Notes: a model not told the origin generated them from the letters alone. A stretch of 64,000 bases of DNA from Candidatus Hydrogenedentota bacterium (GCA_963745075.1 CAVUWV010000019.1:1-64000); one strand, 5' to 3'. Positions 30,188 to 40,848 are shown, numbered from the stretch's first letter. Numbers and translations are program-made.

Positions 30188-30635
30188 CGACAACATCATG
30201 CAGGCACTTCCTCAGTGGAAGATTTTGGTGCTGATGATCGCCGGCGTCGCCCTGGTGGGCTTCTCCGTCTATCTGGCTCAACGTTGGGACGTCATGGAGC
30301 GGGCCGCGCTCGATTTTCGCGGGGACCGGGCACAGGGTTCGGCGGAACGCAATGACGACGGCACGTATCGTCTCCGACTCGATTTCGGCGAGCGTATACT
30401 GGGGCGCAGCTACGACGGCGGATTTGGGTTTCAGTCCTCGGACAAGCCCGTCTTTCACGTGATGATGGCGTACAACCCGCAAAACCCATCGGAGTTCCAG
30501 CCCGCGACGGTGTCCTACATTCCGTCGGCGGCGGTCGGGATTGTGTTTGCCCTGGGGATGGCGTCCATACTGTATGCCCGCCGCATCGTGCAACGGGTAC
30601 GGCGCGAACAAAACCGGCACGCCAAGAAGAAGTAA
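30180..30635 (+). CDS. Two-TM membrane protein (DUF3592-like)
   Basis: N- and C-terminal TM helices around a small domain with YNPQNP; GAGGAG RBS; overlaps previous stop. Confidence 0.65.
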   Translation: MANDNIMQALPQWKILVLMIAGVALVGFSVYLAQRWDVMERAALDFRGDRAQGSAERNDDGTYRLRLDFGERILGRSYDGGFGFQSSDKPVFHVMMAYNPQNPSEFQPATVSYIPSAAVGIVFALGMASILYARRIVQRVRREQNRHAKKK

Positions 30636-30640
30636 GACAT

Positions 30641-30849
30641 ACTGGGAGCGCCATGCACCAGCGTGGCGCGTTGAGTGGTTTGATATCGTTATTCCCGTGA
30701 AATCAATCGGAGACGAGAACAGCCAATTCCGGTTTTTTATGGTCCTCTAAACCGTCCAATTCCGTGGTGAACGGACGCGACGGAGGTGTTTGACTTCCTC
30801 GCAGATACTCGTTGCCGGCTTCGCCACGCTGGTGCATGGCGCTCCCAGT
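30641..30849. repeat. 209-bp element with perfect 28-bp inverted repeats between convergent genes
   Basis: ACTGGGAGCGCCATGCACCAGCGTGGCG (30641-30668) / CGCCACGCTGGTGCATGGCGCTCCCAGT (30822-30849). Confidence 0.85.
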
Positions 30850-30853
30850 GTCA

Positions 30854-33175
30854 TTACTCCGGTTTCTTTCGGAATCGCAGCACGTCAGCCGCTTGGGTGT
30901 CGAACTGCGCAATGCCGTCAACTGTCTCCACCGTGGACCACGTGCCGTCACGTTGCACCTCGCCGGTCTTCCAAGGCATCACGATTCGCAATGCACCGCC
31001 AACGGTGCTTTCGACGCGCAGGTCCCCCACAGCGCCATCTGCGAATGATGCGCTGACCAGGAATCCGCCTTGCGCGCGCAACGTTTGAAACGAAGCCGGC
31101 AAGTGTGACGGCCACGCGGGGAACAGACGAATGACATCCCCCACACTTTGCAGCATCAGTTCCATCACGGGCAACGCCGCGCCAAACATTTCCGTGTAAT
31201 GCCCGAAATCGTTGAAGTGGAACTGAGGATCGAGCCGGTTGAAACTTAAGGTCCCATTGCGGCGTTCGCGCCACATCAACTCCGTATGCAGGTAATCACG
31301 GGCATCGGGTGTGGCCAGCCGCGCACGGGCGATGGCCAACATAATCGGGGCGTTGTTGCCGTTGTCTTTGAGATGCTGCAACGTGTTTGCGAACAGGTCG
31401 CGCCGCGCTTGCGGCGAACTTGCCGTCACAACGTCACAGGGAAACACCGGCGTCGTCGGCACGGGAATGTTGTACTGAATGGGTGGCGCGTCTTGCACGT
31501 CCACGACGATGTTCGGGTCTTCGCTCCAGACCGGGTAGTCGGGTAAGAGAGCTTTCGCGGCACGCCACTGTTCGACTTTGTCCGCGTCCACCCCAAGCGT
31601 CGTAGCCCCTTCGACAGCGGCGTCGAAGATGTACCGGTACATGGCGATATCGAAGGCGCAATTCCGATTCCGCTCGAAGTGCTCCGTCCACCCCCAGTGT
31701 TCCGGCGAAACGCTCGGCGCGAGCACGACGCGGTCACCGTCCCGGTCGCACTGCGCAATAAACGCAGCCTGAAAATCGGCCACATCCCGCACCGCGGGAT
31801 ACGCGATGTCCCGCAGGAAGCCGGTCGAAGGTTCGTATTTGTAATGCCACCATACCGGCTGGACGCTGAAGCCGTTCACGCCTTGCGTGAAGCCCCAGAC
31901 GTGATGGATATACTGCCGTCCGCCGGGCGATTTGCATGCCGCAGGATCGGAGGGCTCGTACGCGAAAAGCACATGCGGTATGTACACCCCATCCATGTCG
32001 AAGATCGTGCGCGCGAGCCACCGCGCGCGCGGCAGGTAATCGGCGATCAGACGATCGTAAGGCTCGGTCAGGTCGCACTGGTTCGCCGCGTATGCCGACC
32101 AGTAGGTCTGTTGAATGTTGTAGTTGGTGTGGTAATCGCCGTGCCAGGCGGGTTTCTCATCCAGCAATCCGGCGAACAGCCCCGTGCTGACGACCCCGGG
32201 CTTCGACACGCAGCGCAGGAAGTACAGGTTGCGGTACCAGACGCGTTCCAGCACCTCGTCGCTGACCTGGATGCCGCTACGGCTCCAGAAGTCTTCCCAG
32301 ACCTGCTCGTGGCCTCCAAGATCTTTCGAGGCTTTGGCCGCCGCTGCAATCTCCGGAGGCGTTTGTTTGTCGAGTTGCGTTTCCGGAAGCACGGCCATAT
32401 AGGCAAGGGCCGTTGCCAGACGCTTTGGAGAATTGCTCTCCCGCGACGTCACCACGGAGGTCACCGCGGTATTCTCGTGCTGAGACATGGCCACGGCGAA
32501 AGACAGGCCGGGCCAATCCGCGTCGCCGGGGATATCCTGCGCGATCCACGCGACGTGGTCTTCGTTGCCCGTTTCCGCTGCTGGGATATCCTCCGACGCG
32601 ATTGCTTCCAGCGCGCAGTTCACGGCTCCGTCGTCCCGGTTCACGACAATCGTATTCACATCGGCAGGAATATGGATTGTATACATCCCGTTCACGGAGA
32701 ACACATCGATCCGCGCACGGCGCAAGTCGAGCTTCGCGACGAGCGGCGGCTTTGCGGCGCCGGTTACGCGCAACACCGCACAGGCCCGTGGACACGGGTA
32801 TGGGTGCGCGTGGTAGGAATCGGGTCCCTCCCACGTGCTGTCTTCCGGCAGGATGTATTCGCGATCGGTCCATTCTTCACCGCGACCCAGTTCCAGAAGG
32901 CGCTTGAGCGTCGGAATCGGCGGGTCCAGGGCGGAATCGAGCCGCGCATCCCACACATCGTTCTTGGTGATGCGAACCACGAGATCGTCGCCGTCGGAAA
33001 ACACTAAGGCGTTCAGATCGCCGTTGCCGATGAGGAGCGCGTCGTTGATGGGATCGTCCAGCGTGGAAAGCGCAACGTCCGATCGTTCGAGCGCCTCGGG
33101 ATACGGGATGTCCGCGAAGGCGCAGACGCCGGTCAGGATCAGGGTTGGGATGAGAATTCGCGCCAGACAATTCAT
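30854..33175 (-). CDS. GH95-like glycoside hydrolase (alpha-L-fucosidase-like)
   Basis: Signal peptide; LIGNGDL, WHGDYHTNYNIQQTYW, PSVSPEH, ELMLQS...IRLFPAWP, LRAQGGFLVSA. Confidence 0.82.
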   Translation of the reverse strand: MNCLARILIPTLILTGVCAFADIPYPEALERSDVALSTLDDPINDALLIGNGDLNALVFSDGDDLVVRITKNDVWDARLDSALDPPIPTLKRLLELGRGEEWTDREYILPEDSTWEGPDSYHAHPYPCPRACAVLRVTGAAKPPLVAKLDLRRARIDVFSVNGMYTIHIPADVNTIVVNRDDGAVNCALEAIASEDIPAAETGNEDHVAWIAQDIPGDADWPGLSFAVAMSQHENTAVTSVVTSRESNSPKRLATALAYMAVLPETQLDKQTPPEIAAAAKASKDLGGHEQVWEDFWSRSGIQVSDEVLERVWYRNLYFLRCVSKPGVVSTGLFAGLLDEKPAWHGDYHTNYNIQQTYWSAYAANQCDLTEPYDRLIADYLPRARWLARTIFDMDGVYIPHVLFAYEPSDPAACKSPGGRQYIHHVWGFTQGVNGFSVQPVWWHYKYEPSTGFLRDIAYPAVRDVADFQAAFIAQCDRDGDRVVLAPSVSPEHWGWTEHFERNRNCAFDIAMYRYIFDAAVEGATTLGVDADKVEQWRAAKALLPDYPVWSEDPNIVVDVQDAPPIQYNIPVPTTPVFPCDVVTASSPQARRDLFANTLQHLKDNGNNAPIMLAIARARLATPDARDYLHTELMWRERRNGTLSFNRLDPQFHFNDFGHYTEMFGAALPVMELMLQSVGDVIRLFPAWPSHLPASFQTLRAQGGFLVSASFADGAVGDLRVESTVGGALRIVMPWKTGEVQRDGTWSTVETVDGIAQFDTQAADVLRFRKKPE

Positions 33176-33246
33176 AGTTGCTCCCCCTTCAATGCGGTGC
33201 TGCCCGCCAGCAAGGATACACCGTGGCGAAAGCTTGCGCCAACACG

Positions 33247-33345
33247 CCAGGGACAGCAGGGACAACAGCGACAGCAGAGACACCCGCGACGGGAGGAAAA
33301 CCTCCCATTCGTCCTTGTTGTCGCTGTAGTCGTTGCTGTCCCTGG
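33247..33345. repeat. Nonamer-periodic inverted-repeat element (GGACAGCAG)n
   Basis: CCAGGGACAGCAGGGACAACAGCGACAGCAG...GTCCTTGTTGTCGCTGTAGTCGTTGCTGTCCCTGG; weaker relative at ~27961-28041. Confidence 0.7.
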
Positions 33346-33354
33346 ATTCCTCGA

Positions 33355-34839
33355 TCACGCGACTACGTCGTGCACCACATTTCCGGCTACGTCGGTCAAC
33401 CGGAAATCGCGTCCATTGTGGCGGTAGGTGAGTTTCAGGTGGTTGATGCCGAGCAGGTGCAGGATGGTCGCGTGTAGATCGTTCACGCTGACGCGGTTGA
33501 CGGCGGCTTTGTGGCCGATCTCGTCAGTCTCGCCGTAATGCACCCCGCCCTTGGCGCCGCCGCCTGCAAACCAGACCGTGAAGGCGTGAGGGTTGTGGTC
33601 GCGGCCGGATTGGCTGCCGCCCGGGGAGCGCTGCACGAGGGGGAGGCGTCCGAACTCGCCGCCCCAGATAACGAGCGTGGAATCGAGGAGTCCGCGCTGT
33701 TTCAAGTCCGTCAGCAGGCCCGCGATGGGGATGTCCGTCTCACCGGCGAAGCCGCGGTGGTTGCCCTCGATGTCGAGATGGCCGTCCCAGCTCTTTTCGT
33801 TTTCCTCGCCGCCGCTGTAGATCTGCACGAAGCGGACGCCGCGCTCCACCATGCGGCGCGCCATGATGCACTGTTTGGAAATGTGCGCGCACTTCTCGTT
33901 ATTGAGCCCGTAGAGCTCCTGGATATGCTTCGGCTCCGAATACACATCCATGGCGTCGGGCGCGGCCATTTGCATGCGGTAGGCCAACTCGAAACTTTCG
34001 ATGCGTGTGGCGAGTTCCGGATCGCCCGTATTGCCGGCCATATGATGCTTGTTCAATGACGCAAGCAAATCGAGTTGCCGCCGCTGTTGTGCGTCGGTCA
34101 TGATCTCGGGGCGCTTCAGGTTGTCGATGGGTTCGCCCTGCGCGTTAAGGCTGGTCCCCTGAAATATGCCGGGCAGGAATCCCGCGCCCCAGTTTTGCGA
34201 ATAGCCTTTCGGGAGACCGCGGCCCAGGGTGTCGTACATGACGACGAAGCCGGGGAGGTTCTGGTTTTCCGTGCCGAGACCGTAGGTGACCCACGAACCC
34301 ACGCTGGGGAATCCCATACGGCTGAAGCCGGTGTTGATCTCGAAGAGGGCGGGTGAATGGTTGTTCGTTTCCGTGAAGCACGAATGAATGAAGGCCATGT
34401 CGTCCACGTGCTGGGCCATGTTTGGGAAAATCTCGGAGACCCACGTGCCCGACTCGCCGTGTTGTGCAAAATCGAAGGGGGATTTCATGATCGGGCCGAC
34501 CTGGTCCGCGAAAAAGCCGGTCGTGCTGTCGAAGCCTTCCAGCTTCTGGCCGTCGCGTTTTTCCAGTTCGGGTTTGTAGTCCCAGGTATCCACATGGCTC
34601 GGGCCGCCGTTCATGAACAGCCAGATCACCGCCTTCGCCTTCGCCGGGAAATGGGACGGATGCGACGCGAGCGGGTTCAAGGATTCCGTCGCGGAAGCGG
34701 CGAGCAGTCCCTGGGACTCGAGCAGTCCGGCCAATGCCAGCGCACCGAACCCTTGCCCCGTCCGGCGGAGAAAGTCGCGGCGCGTACAAAAACACGGCGC
34801 CGGTGTGGCGATGTAGTGGGGTTCAATTTTTTCGCTCAT
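33355..34839 (-). CDS. DUF1501 domain protein (Tat-exported)
   Basis: TRRDFL, KAKAVIWLFMNGGPSHVDTWDYKP, ARRMVERGVRFVQI, WDGH, GEFGR.P, GRDHN, DLHATILHLLG. Confidence 0.92.
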   Translation of the reverse strand: MSEKIEPHYIATPAPCFCTRRDFLRRTGQGFGALALAGLLESQGLLAASATESLNPLASHPSHFPAKAKAVIWLFMNGGPSHVDTWDYKPELEKRDGQKLEGFDSTTGFFADQVGPIMKSPFDFAQHGESGTWVSEIFPNMAQHVDDMAFIHSCFTETNNHSPALFEINTGFSRMGFPSVGSWVTYGLGTENQNLPGFVVMYDTLGRGLPKGYSQNWGAGFLPGIFQGTSLNAQGEPIDNLKRPEIMTDAQQRRQLDLLASLNKHHMAGNTGDPELATRIESFELAYRMQMAAPDAMDVYSEPKHIQELYGLNNEKCAHISKQCIMARRMVERGVRFVQIYSGGEENEKSWDGHLDIEGNHRGFAGETDIPIAGLLTDLKQRGLLDSTLVIWGGEFGRLPLVQRSPGGSQSGRDHNPHAFTVWFAGGGAKGGVHYGETDEIGHKAAVNRVSVNDLHATILHLLGINHLKLTYRHNGRDFRLTDVAGNVVHDVVA

Positions 34840-34848
34840 GCTTCCCTC

Positions 34849-37800
34849 TTAATCGATGTAAACAAACTCATTCAGGCCCAACAGCACCTGGCAGAAATCC
34901 TGAATTGCCGAAGCGGCGGGATGTTCGTTGCCCGATTCGGCGTACGAAGCCTTTTGCGCTTCGATGAACGCGAGTGAATCGGCCAACTCCGTTTCGTCGG
35001 GAACCCGACCCACCGCGATCCGGTACCCTTCGCGCACGACCGTATCCGTTGCAGTCGCGGCATCGGGACAGATCCGCTTTGCGAGGTTGGCGGCGCAGGT
35101 GCGCACGAGATCGTTGTTCATCATGAGCAAGGCCTGCGGTGCAATGGTGGTGGACGGCCGTTCCCCGATGCCCTGGGTTGCGTCCGGCCCGTCGAACAGC
35201 GTCATCATAGGGATGAGCTTGCTGCGCTTGACCGTGAAGTAGATGCTGCGGCGGTCGTGCTCGTCCAACGTGCCGGGACCGAACATCGTCGGGTCCAGGG
35301 TGCCGCTCACGGAGAGCATGGCGTCGCGAATGACTTCCGCTTCGAGGCGTTCGCGCGGGTGACGCCAGTAGAGTTTGTTCTGCGTATCAATCTTTACTTT
35401 GGTCTCGTCGATGGCGGCGCTTTGAAGGTAGGTGGCGCTCGTCATGATGAGTTTATGGATGGGTTTCAGGCGCCAACCGTTGTGGACGAGTTCCAGCGCC
35501 AGCCAATCGAGCAGTTCCGGATGCGTCGGTGCTTCGCCCTGCATGCCAAAATCGCTGGTGGTCGCCACGATGCCTTGGCCCATGTGGTGTTGCCACAACC
35601 GGTTCACGATGACCCGCGCGAGCAGGAAGCCCGCGCCGTCGTCGTAATCGGTAATCCATTCCGCCAGCGACGTCCGCAAATACGGGGTACGCGACCCCTC
35701 CGGCGGTTCGACTTTCCAGTGGTCCGCCCCATCCAAGGCAAACTCGAGCGTGGTGAGGAAACCCTGTGTGGCGATGTCGCCTTTCTGGTTCGGGTCGCCG
35801 CGTTTGAGGAAGTTCGTGTGTTCGAGATAGTCGCCGCCCTGGGTGTGCGTGCGGATGGCCGGCACTCCTTCGCTGCAGACCATGACTTTCGCCTTGCCGG
35901 GTGCGGGCCGCAGTTCCGCGTGTTCGCGGACTTTCTTCGCGCGATCGCGCCAGTCCTTGTCCGTCGTGCGGTACCACGCAAACAGCGTTGCGCGATCTTC
36001 ATCGGTCAATGCCGCGAGATCGGTGTTGAGTCGGGTTAACGCCTCCTGTGCGGCGTGGTACTCGTCCTCATCGTCGAAACCGACGGGCCAAGGTAGCGTG
36101 CTGGTCGACAGGCGCGTGCGGCCGATCCCATGGCCCGTATTCACGTCGAAGGATAACGTCACGGTCAGCACCGTGCCGCCGTCAAAACCGACGGGAGACT
36201 CAATCCGGAAGATGGCGGCGTGGTCTTTCCCGAACTCGGGATCGACGGCCCACCCGGACTTGGGATCGTCGTCGATGGCGGCGCTGACGGGCAGGCCGGT
36301 CTGTTCAAACGTGGCGATGGGGTTGACGAGTTTGGCTTCGACCGGTTCGCCCTGACCGTTGGCGGGCGCGGCAACGACTTTGATCGACGATAACGCGAAG
36401 TTGCCGTTCGCGGCACGTCCGGGCCCGCCCTTGGCCAAAGCGTCGTCGTGTAACGCCTCGATGCGAATCGCCGCGATACCCTTTTTGTCCGTGCGCGCGG
36501 TGAAGGTGTAGGTGTCGCTCGCGGGATTGACACCCTCCGCGCGGAAAGACTCATCGTCGAGCTTCGTGAAGTAGGCGCCGCCCGCGGACGTGGCGTTGTC
36601 GACGTGCAACACCGTCCACGGCGCTTCAAAATCCGCCTTGTCGTCGGTCTTCAGCCACGCATCGAAACGTTCGGTCAACGTGCCCTCTTCGAAGGATTCC
36701 AAGTCGGCAACCAGCGGCGCGTGTTCTTTCTCGAATCGCGCCATGGCCTGCTGGTGCGTGAGATCGTCGACCGGGATCTCCAGATTCGATCGGACGGTCT
36801 TCGTAAACGTCGAGATGAGCCGGTAGTAATCTTTCGTCGGGATGGGGTCGTACTTGTGATCGTGACAGCGCGCGCAGCCGACCGTGAGACCTAGCATGGA
36901 CGTGCCGATAGTCCGGGTCATGTCGTCGAGTTCGTCGTAACGTTCCTTCTCGACCTGGCTCTTGGTGATTTGCGTCGCGTGCGTTCCTGCGCCGAGAAAC
37001 CCGGTGGCCATCATGGCGAGCGGATTGTCCGGGTCGTACTCATCGCCCGCGATCTGCCACTTCACGAAGGTGTTGTACGGCAAATCCTGGTTGAACGCCT
37101 TGATGACGAAATCGCGGTAGTGATAGGCGTACTCGCGGTTGTAGTCCTGTTCGTAACCGTGGCTCTCCGCAAACCGCGCGAGGTCAAGCCAATGGCGCGC
37201 CCAGCGTTCGCCGAAGTGCGGGTTGTCCAGCAGTTCGTCCACGAGTGTGTCGTAGGCCTTGGGATCGGGATCGTTGACGAAGGCGTCCACCGCCTCGGGC
37301 GTCGGCGGCAGGCCGATCAGATCGAAGTACGCGCGCCGGATCAGCGTGCGCCGGTCCGCCTCGGGATTCGGCGCAAGTTTGTTCGCTTCCAACTTGGCGA
37401 GAATGAACCGATCGATATCGTTCCGCGGCCACTGCGTATCGTTCACCGCAGGCGGATCGCGTTCGACCGGTTTGACGAAGGCCCAGTGCCGCTCGTACTT
37501 CGCGCCTTGATCGATCCAGCGGCCCAGGAGATCGATTTCCTGTGCCGTCAACGACTTCTGCGAATCGGGCGGCGGCATCTGGTCCACGGGATCGTCCGTG
37601 GTCATACGCTGCCAAAGCGGGCTCTCCGCGCGTTTTCCCGGCACGATGGCCGCATGACCGGACTTCAGCGCCTGAAACGCCCCATCCTCCGTGTCCAACC
37701 GCAACCCTGCCTTGCGTTTCCCCTGGTCGGGTCCGTGGCAGGCGAAGCAGTTTTCCGACAGAATGGGGCGGATGTCGCGATTGAAACTGACGGCCGCACC

Positions 37801-38007
37801 GGGCACACGCGTTTCGTCCGCGGCGACGCGTTTGATGCGCTCCTCCAGCGCGTGCAGCAATACGGCACGCTCGTTCGCGTCGGAGTCGATGCGATCCAAC
37901 ATCGCGGCGGCGTCCGAAGCCGGGTCCCCATGGGCGGACAGCGCACACGCCGCCACGGCACAAATTGACAGTATTCGCCCGATGCAAGGTAAGACCGATA
38001 CCTTCAT
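34849..38007 (-). CDS. PSD1 and planctomycete cytochrome c domain protein (PSCyt1/DUF1549/DUF1553)
   Basis: FNRDIRPILSENCFACHGPD, HWAF, GERWARHWLDLAR, CARCHDHKYDP, ARVIVNRLWQHH.G.G, PTHPELLDWLA, QALLMMN. Confidence 0.92.
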   Translation of the reverse strand: MKVSVLPCIGRILSICAVAACALSAHGDPASDAAAMLDRIDSDANERAVLLHALEERIKRVAADETRVPGAAVSFNRDIRPILSENCFACHGPDQGKRKAGLRLDTEDGAFQALKSGHAAIVPGKRAESPLWQRMTTDDPVDQMPPPDSQKSLTAQEIDLLGRWIDQGAKYERHWAFVKPVERDPPAVNDTQWPRNDIDRFILAKLEANKLAPNPEADRRTLIRRAYFDLIGLPPTPEAVDAFVNDPDPKAYDTLVDELLDNPHFGERWARHWLDLARFAESHGYEQDYNREYAYHYRDFVIKAFNQDLPYNTFVKWQIAGDEYDPDNPLAMMATGFLGAGTHATQITKSQVEKERYDELDDMTRTIGTSMLGLTVGCARCHDHKYDPIPTKDYYRLISTFTKTVRSNLEIPVDDLTHQQAMARFEKEHAPLVADLESFEEGTLTERFDAWLKTDDKADFEAPWTVLHVDNATSAGGAYFTKLDDESFRAEGVNPASDTYTFTARTDKKGIAAIRIEALHDDALAKGGPGRAANGNFALSSIKVVAAPANGQGEPVEAKLVNPIATFEQTGLPVSAAIDDDPKSGWAVDPEFGKDHAAIFRIESPVGFDGGTVLTVTLSFDVNTGHGIGRTRLSTSTLPWPVGFDDEDEYHAAQEALTRLNTDLAALTDEDRATLFAWYRTTDKDWRDRAKKVREHAELRPAPGKAKVMVCSEGVPAIRTHTQGGDYLEHTNFLKRGDPNQKGDIATQGFLTTLEFALDGADHWKVEPPEGSRTPYLRTSLAEWITDYDDGAGFLLARVIVNRLWQHHMGQGIVATTSDFGMQGEAPTHPELLDWLALELVHNGWRLKPIHKLIMTSATYLQSAAIDETKVKIDTQNKLYWRHPRERLEAEVIRDAMLSVSGTLDPTMFGPGTLDEHDRRSIYFTVKRSKLIPMMTLFDGPDATQGIGERPSTTIAPQALLMMNNDLVRTCAANLAKRICPDAATATDTVVREGYRIAVGRVPDETELADSLAFIEAQKASYAESGNEHPAASAIQDFCQVLLGLNEFVYID

Positions 38008-38143
38008 AGCCCCCATCTTCCCAAGAGAAGCCCCAAAAAGTCAATAAATTCGGGAGTTTATCATTGAACGTTCCGGAGTCATCGGCTACAATCCGGCTGA
38101 TTTTGTCTGCTAGCTGAATTCGCATCAGGAGCGAGCCACTATT

Positions 38144-39619
38144 ATGGATTTGGAGCGCTATCGCGACTTGTTGTCGCGCTTTGAGAAGGCCCGTGTGTTG
38201 GTCGTGGGCGACATTTACCTCGACGAGAACGTCCGGGGCGTGGTGACAGGGATCAGCCTGGAAGCGCCGATCCCGGTGTATGAGGTGCATCAGCGCAAGT
38301 ACAACCCCGGCGCGGCGGGGAACGCGGCGTGCAACGTGGCGGCGCTGGGCGCGAAGACCTATATGGTCGGCTACGTGGGCCGGGACACGAATGCGGACAT
38401 CGTCCGGCGCGAGTTCGAGGTGCGGAACGTGGACACGTCGGGGCTGGTCGTGCATCCGACGCGCGCGACCAACACGTACGGCAAGCTGCGGGCGGGCGGA
38501 TTCAACATCCCCACGCAGGAGATTTTGCGGACGGACACGCCGACGCCGGTGTTTATCGAGGGCGAGGTCGAAGATCAGATCATGGCGAACATAAAAGCCC
38601 GGGCGCCGGAAGTCGACGCCATCGTGGTGACCGACCAGGTCTGTTCCGTGGCGACGGAGCGGGTCCTGCGCGAGGTCGTCGAGATTGCGAAGCAGCACAA
38701 GCTCATCACCGTCGGCGATTCGCGGTCCCGCGCGGGGGCCTTCAACGATTTCGACATCATTGTGCCGAACGACCGCGAAGCGGGCATTGGCGCGGGGATT
38801 GAAGTCGTCGATGAAGAGACGCTCCATGCGGCGGGCAAGAAGCTGCTGACCATCTGCAAGAACGCAGTGGTCACGCGGGGCGCGGAAGGCATCACGGTCT
38901 TCGCGGCAGACGGCAGCGTCACCGACGTGCCGATTACCATCGCCCCCGACGCCGTGGTCGACGTAACCGGTGCGGGCGATACGGTTACGGCCGCCGTGAC
39001 CGTGACCACGGTCGCGGGCGGCACGCTGGCGGAAGCCGCGGTCGTGGGGAATACCGCCGCAGGGGTGGCGGTGGCTCAAGAAGGCGTCGTTACCGTACCC
39101 AAAGCTCAGCTCGATCGAGCGCTGCTCAGCAAGGGCGGCCCTGCAAAGCTAAAGGATATCAATGAGTTAAAGGATGTCGTGGCAGCCTTGCGCGAGTCGG
39201 AAAGGAAAGTCGTCTGGACGAACGGTTGCTTCGATATCGTCCACGTGGGCCATATTACGTACCTCCAGAAGGCGGCATCGCTGGGCGATGTGCTAATTGT
39301 CGGCCTCAACACCGACGAATCCGTGCGAAAGGTCAAGGGTCCGGGCCGGCCCATCGTTCCCGAAACCGAACGGGCTGTGGTACTTGCGGCGCTGGAGTGC
39401 GTGGGCTACGTGGTACTGTTCTCCGACCCCACGCCGATGCCATATCTCGAAGCCTTGCGCCCGGATGTGTACGCCAAAGGCGGCGATTACACGCTGGAGA
39501 CCATCGTCCAGGAGGAGCGACGGCTGGTCGAGAGCTACGGAGGGTCCATCGCAATTATTCCTGGGGTGGAGGGCCGCTCCACGACAAATATCATCGCCCG
39601 GATCGCACAAGACGGGTGA
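38144..39619 (+). CDS. hldE: Bifunctional heptose-7-phosphate kinase / heptose-1-phosphate adenylyltransferase
   Basis: VLVVGD..LD, ISLEAPIPV, DVTGAGDT (PfkB), then TNGCFDIVHVGH, VGLNTDESV..KGP.RP, KGGDY, STTNII. Confidence 0.92.
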   Translation: MDLERYRDLLSRFEKARVLVVGDIYLDENVRGVVTGISLEAPIPVYEVHQRKYNPGAAGNAACNVAALGAKTYMVGYVGRDTNADIVRREFEVRNVDTSGLVVHPTRATNTYGKLRAGGFNIPTQEILRTDTPTPVFIEGEVEDQIMANIKARAPEVDAIVVTDQVCSVATERVLREVVEIAKQHKLITVGDSRSRAGAFNDFDIIVPNDREAGIGAGIEVVDEETLHAAGKKLLTICKNAVVTRGAEGITVFAADGSVTDVPITIAPDAVVDVTGAGDTVTAAVTVTTVAGGTLAEAAVVGNTAAGVAVAQEGVVTVPKAQLDRALLSKGGPAKLKDINELKDVVAALRESERKVVWTNGCFDIVHVGHITYLQKAASLGDVLIVGLNTDESVRKVKGPGRPIVPETERAVVLAALECVGYVVLFSDPTPMPYLEALRPDVYAKGGDYTLETIVQEERRLVESYGGSIAIIPGVEGRSTTNIIARIAQDG

Positions 39620-39700
39620 CTTTCGCCATATGGAGGGGTGTGAAATCCCACGGGACTGTGTTAGACTGGCATCCTGATACGACGTAAAGGAGACGATTCC

Positions 39701-40264
39701 ATGAGCTTGCAGCGGTTTGTATCCATTTGGGCCTTGGCGGTGTTGGTTTGCGCGTTTGCGTGGACGGGAGCCGCCCAGGAGAACAAGGAACTCGCCACGT
39801 CCCAGGCTCCGTTTATCTTGGAGCCTCCGACCACCTCGCTTGATACGTCCGGCGCGGTAAACTTGCCCCCGGCCAACACATCCGGCGTTACCAGCCCGTC
39901 GAATGAGCAAAGCAAACGGCAAGCGCGCGTGCAAACGAGCGACGATACGGCCAAGAAGCAAGCGACGCCCGAACGCCAGACTCCAAAGAACGTGATGCGC
40001 ATTGACGACAAGACCAGGCGGAAAGTCAAGCCGGTTGCGATTATCAAAGCATCCCTGTCCCCGTGGGGCTATACGCGCCGGTTCCAGGAAGGGGACATCG
40101 CTCGTCCAGAACATCCGTATGGAGCCGGTACCGGTAGCGGTCTAGGCGCCTCGACGGGTCCGAATGCGCCCCGTAGTTTGAGCCTTAGTGGAATTGGCAG
40201 CCGCCGCTCCAGCTCCGGCTCTTCGCAGCGCAGTGAACGCCGTCAACACGGTCGTCCAAGATAG
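39701..40264 (+). CDS. Hypothetical secreted low-complexity protein
   Basis: AAAGGAG RBS, signal peptide, Ser/Thr/Pro-rich. Confidence 0.65.
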   Translation: MSLQRFVSIWALAVLVCAFAWTGAAQENKELATSQAPFILEPPTTSLDTSGAVNLPPANTSGVTSPSNEQSKRQARVQTSDDTAKKQATPERQTPKNVMRIDDKTRRKVKPVAIIKASLSPWGYTRRFQEGDIARPEHPYGAGTGSGLGASTGPNAPRSLSLSGIGSRRSSSGSSQRSERRQHGRPR

Positions 40265-40314
40265 ATAAGGCGCCCGATCTACAGACAAACACTGCGTTGT
40301 AACCGCGAGGCTTT

Positions 40315-40848
40315 CTACAGGGTTTCCACCGTGATGTGGCTGTTGGTGTAGATGCAGATTTGGGCCGCCGTGTCCAGCGCTTCACGAACAATGGCTTCCG
40401 CGTCGAGCGAGGAATGCTTGATGAGTGCGCGGGCCGCCGCCAAGGCGAATGACCCTCCCGAACCAACGGCGATGATTCCGTCATCGGGTTGAATAACTTC
40501 ACCGCTGCCGGCGACGATCAGGGACGCTTCGGTGTCGCAAACGGCCAGAAGGGCTTCCAGGTTTCGCAGGTACTTATCCGTACGCCATTCCTTGCCGAGT
40601 TCAACGGCGGCACGCACCAGGTTCTTGTTGAACTCGTTGAGCTTTCCCTCGAACCGCTCGAACAGGGTGAATGCGTCAGATACCGCGCCCGCGAATCCCG
40701 CGAGAACGCGCCCATCAGCCAAGCGGCGCACCTTGACGGCATGATGTTTCATAATGGTGTTACCGAGGGTGACCTGGCCATCGGCGCCTAACGCCACTTT
40801 CCCGTCCTTGCGAACGCTGACCACGGTGGTACCGTAAAATGTATCCAT
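40315..40848 (-). CDS. hslV: ATP-dependent protease subunit HslV
   Basis: GTTVVSVR (catalytic Thr), [45 protein letters not shown]. Confidence 0.96.
   Translation of the reverse strand: MDTFYGTTVVSVRKDGKVALGADGQVTLGNTIMKHHAVKVRRLADGRVLAGFAGAVSDAFTLFERFEGKLNEFNKNLVRAAVELGKEWRTDKYLRNLEALLAVCDTEASLIVAGSGEVIQPDDGIIAVGSGGSFALAAARALIKHSSLDAEAIVREALDTAAQICIYTNSHITVETL

Noticed and set aside
37184..39079. Long antisense ORFs (e.g. 37184-39079, 21873-23777, 25416-27050, 31679-33007)
   Set aside because: Shadows of real genes on the opposite strand or in another frame, expected at high GC; no motifs
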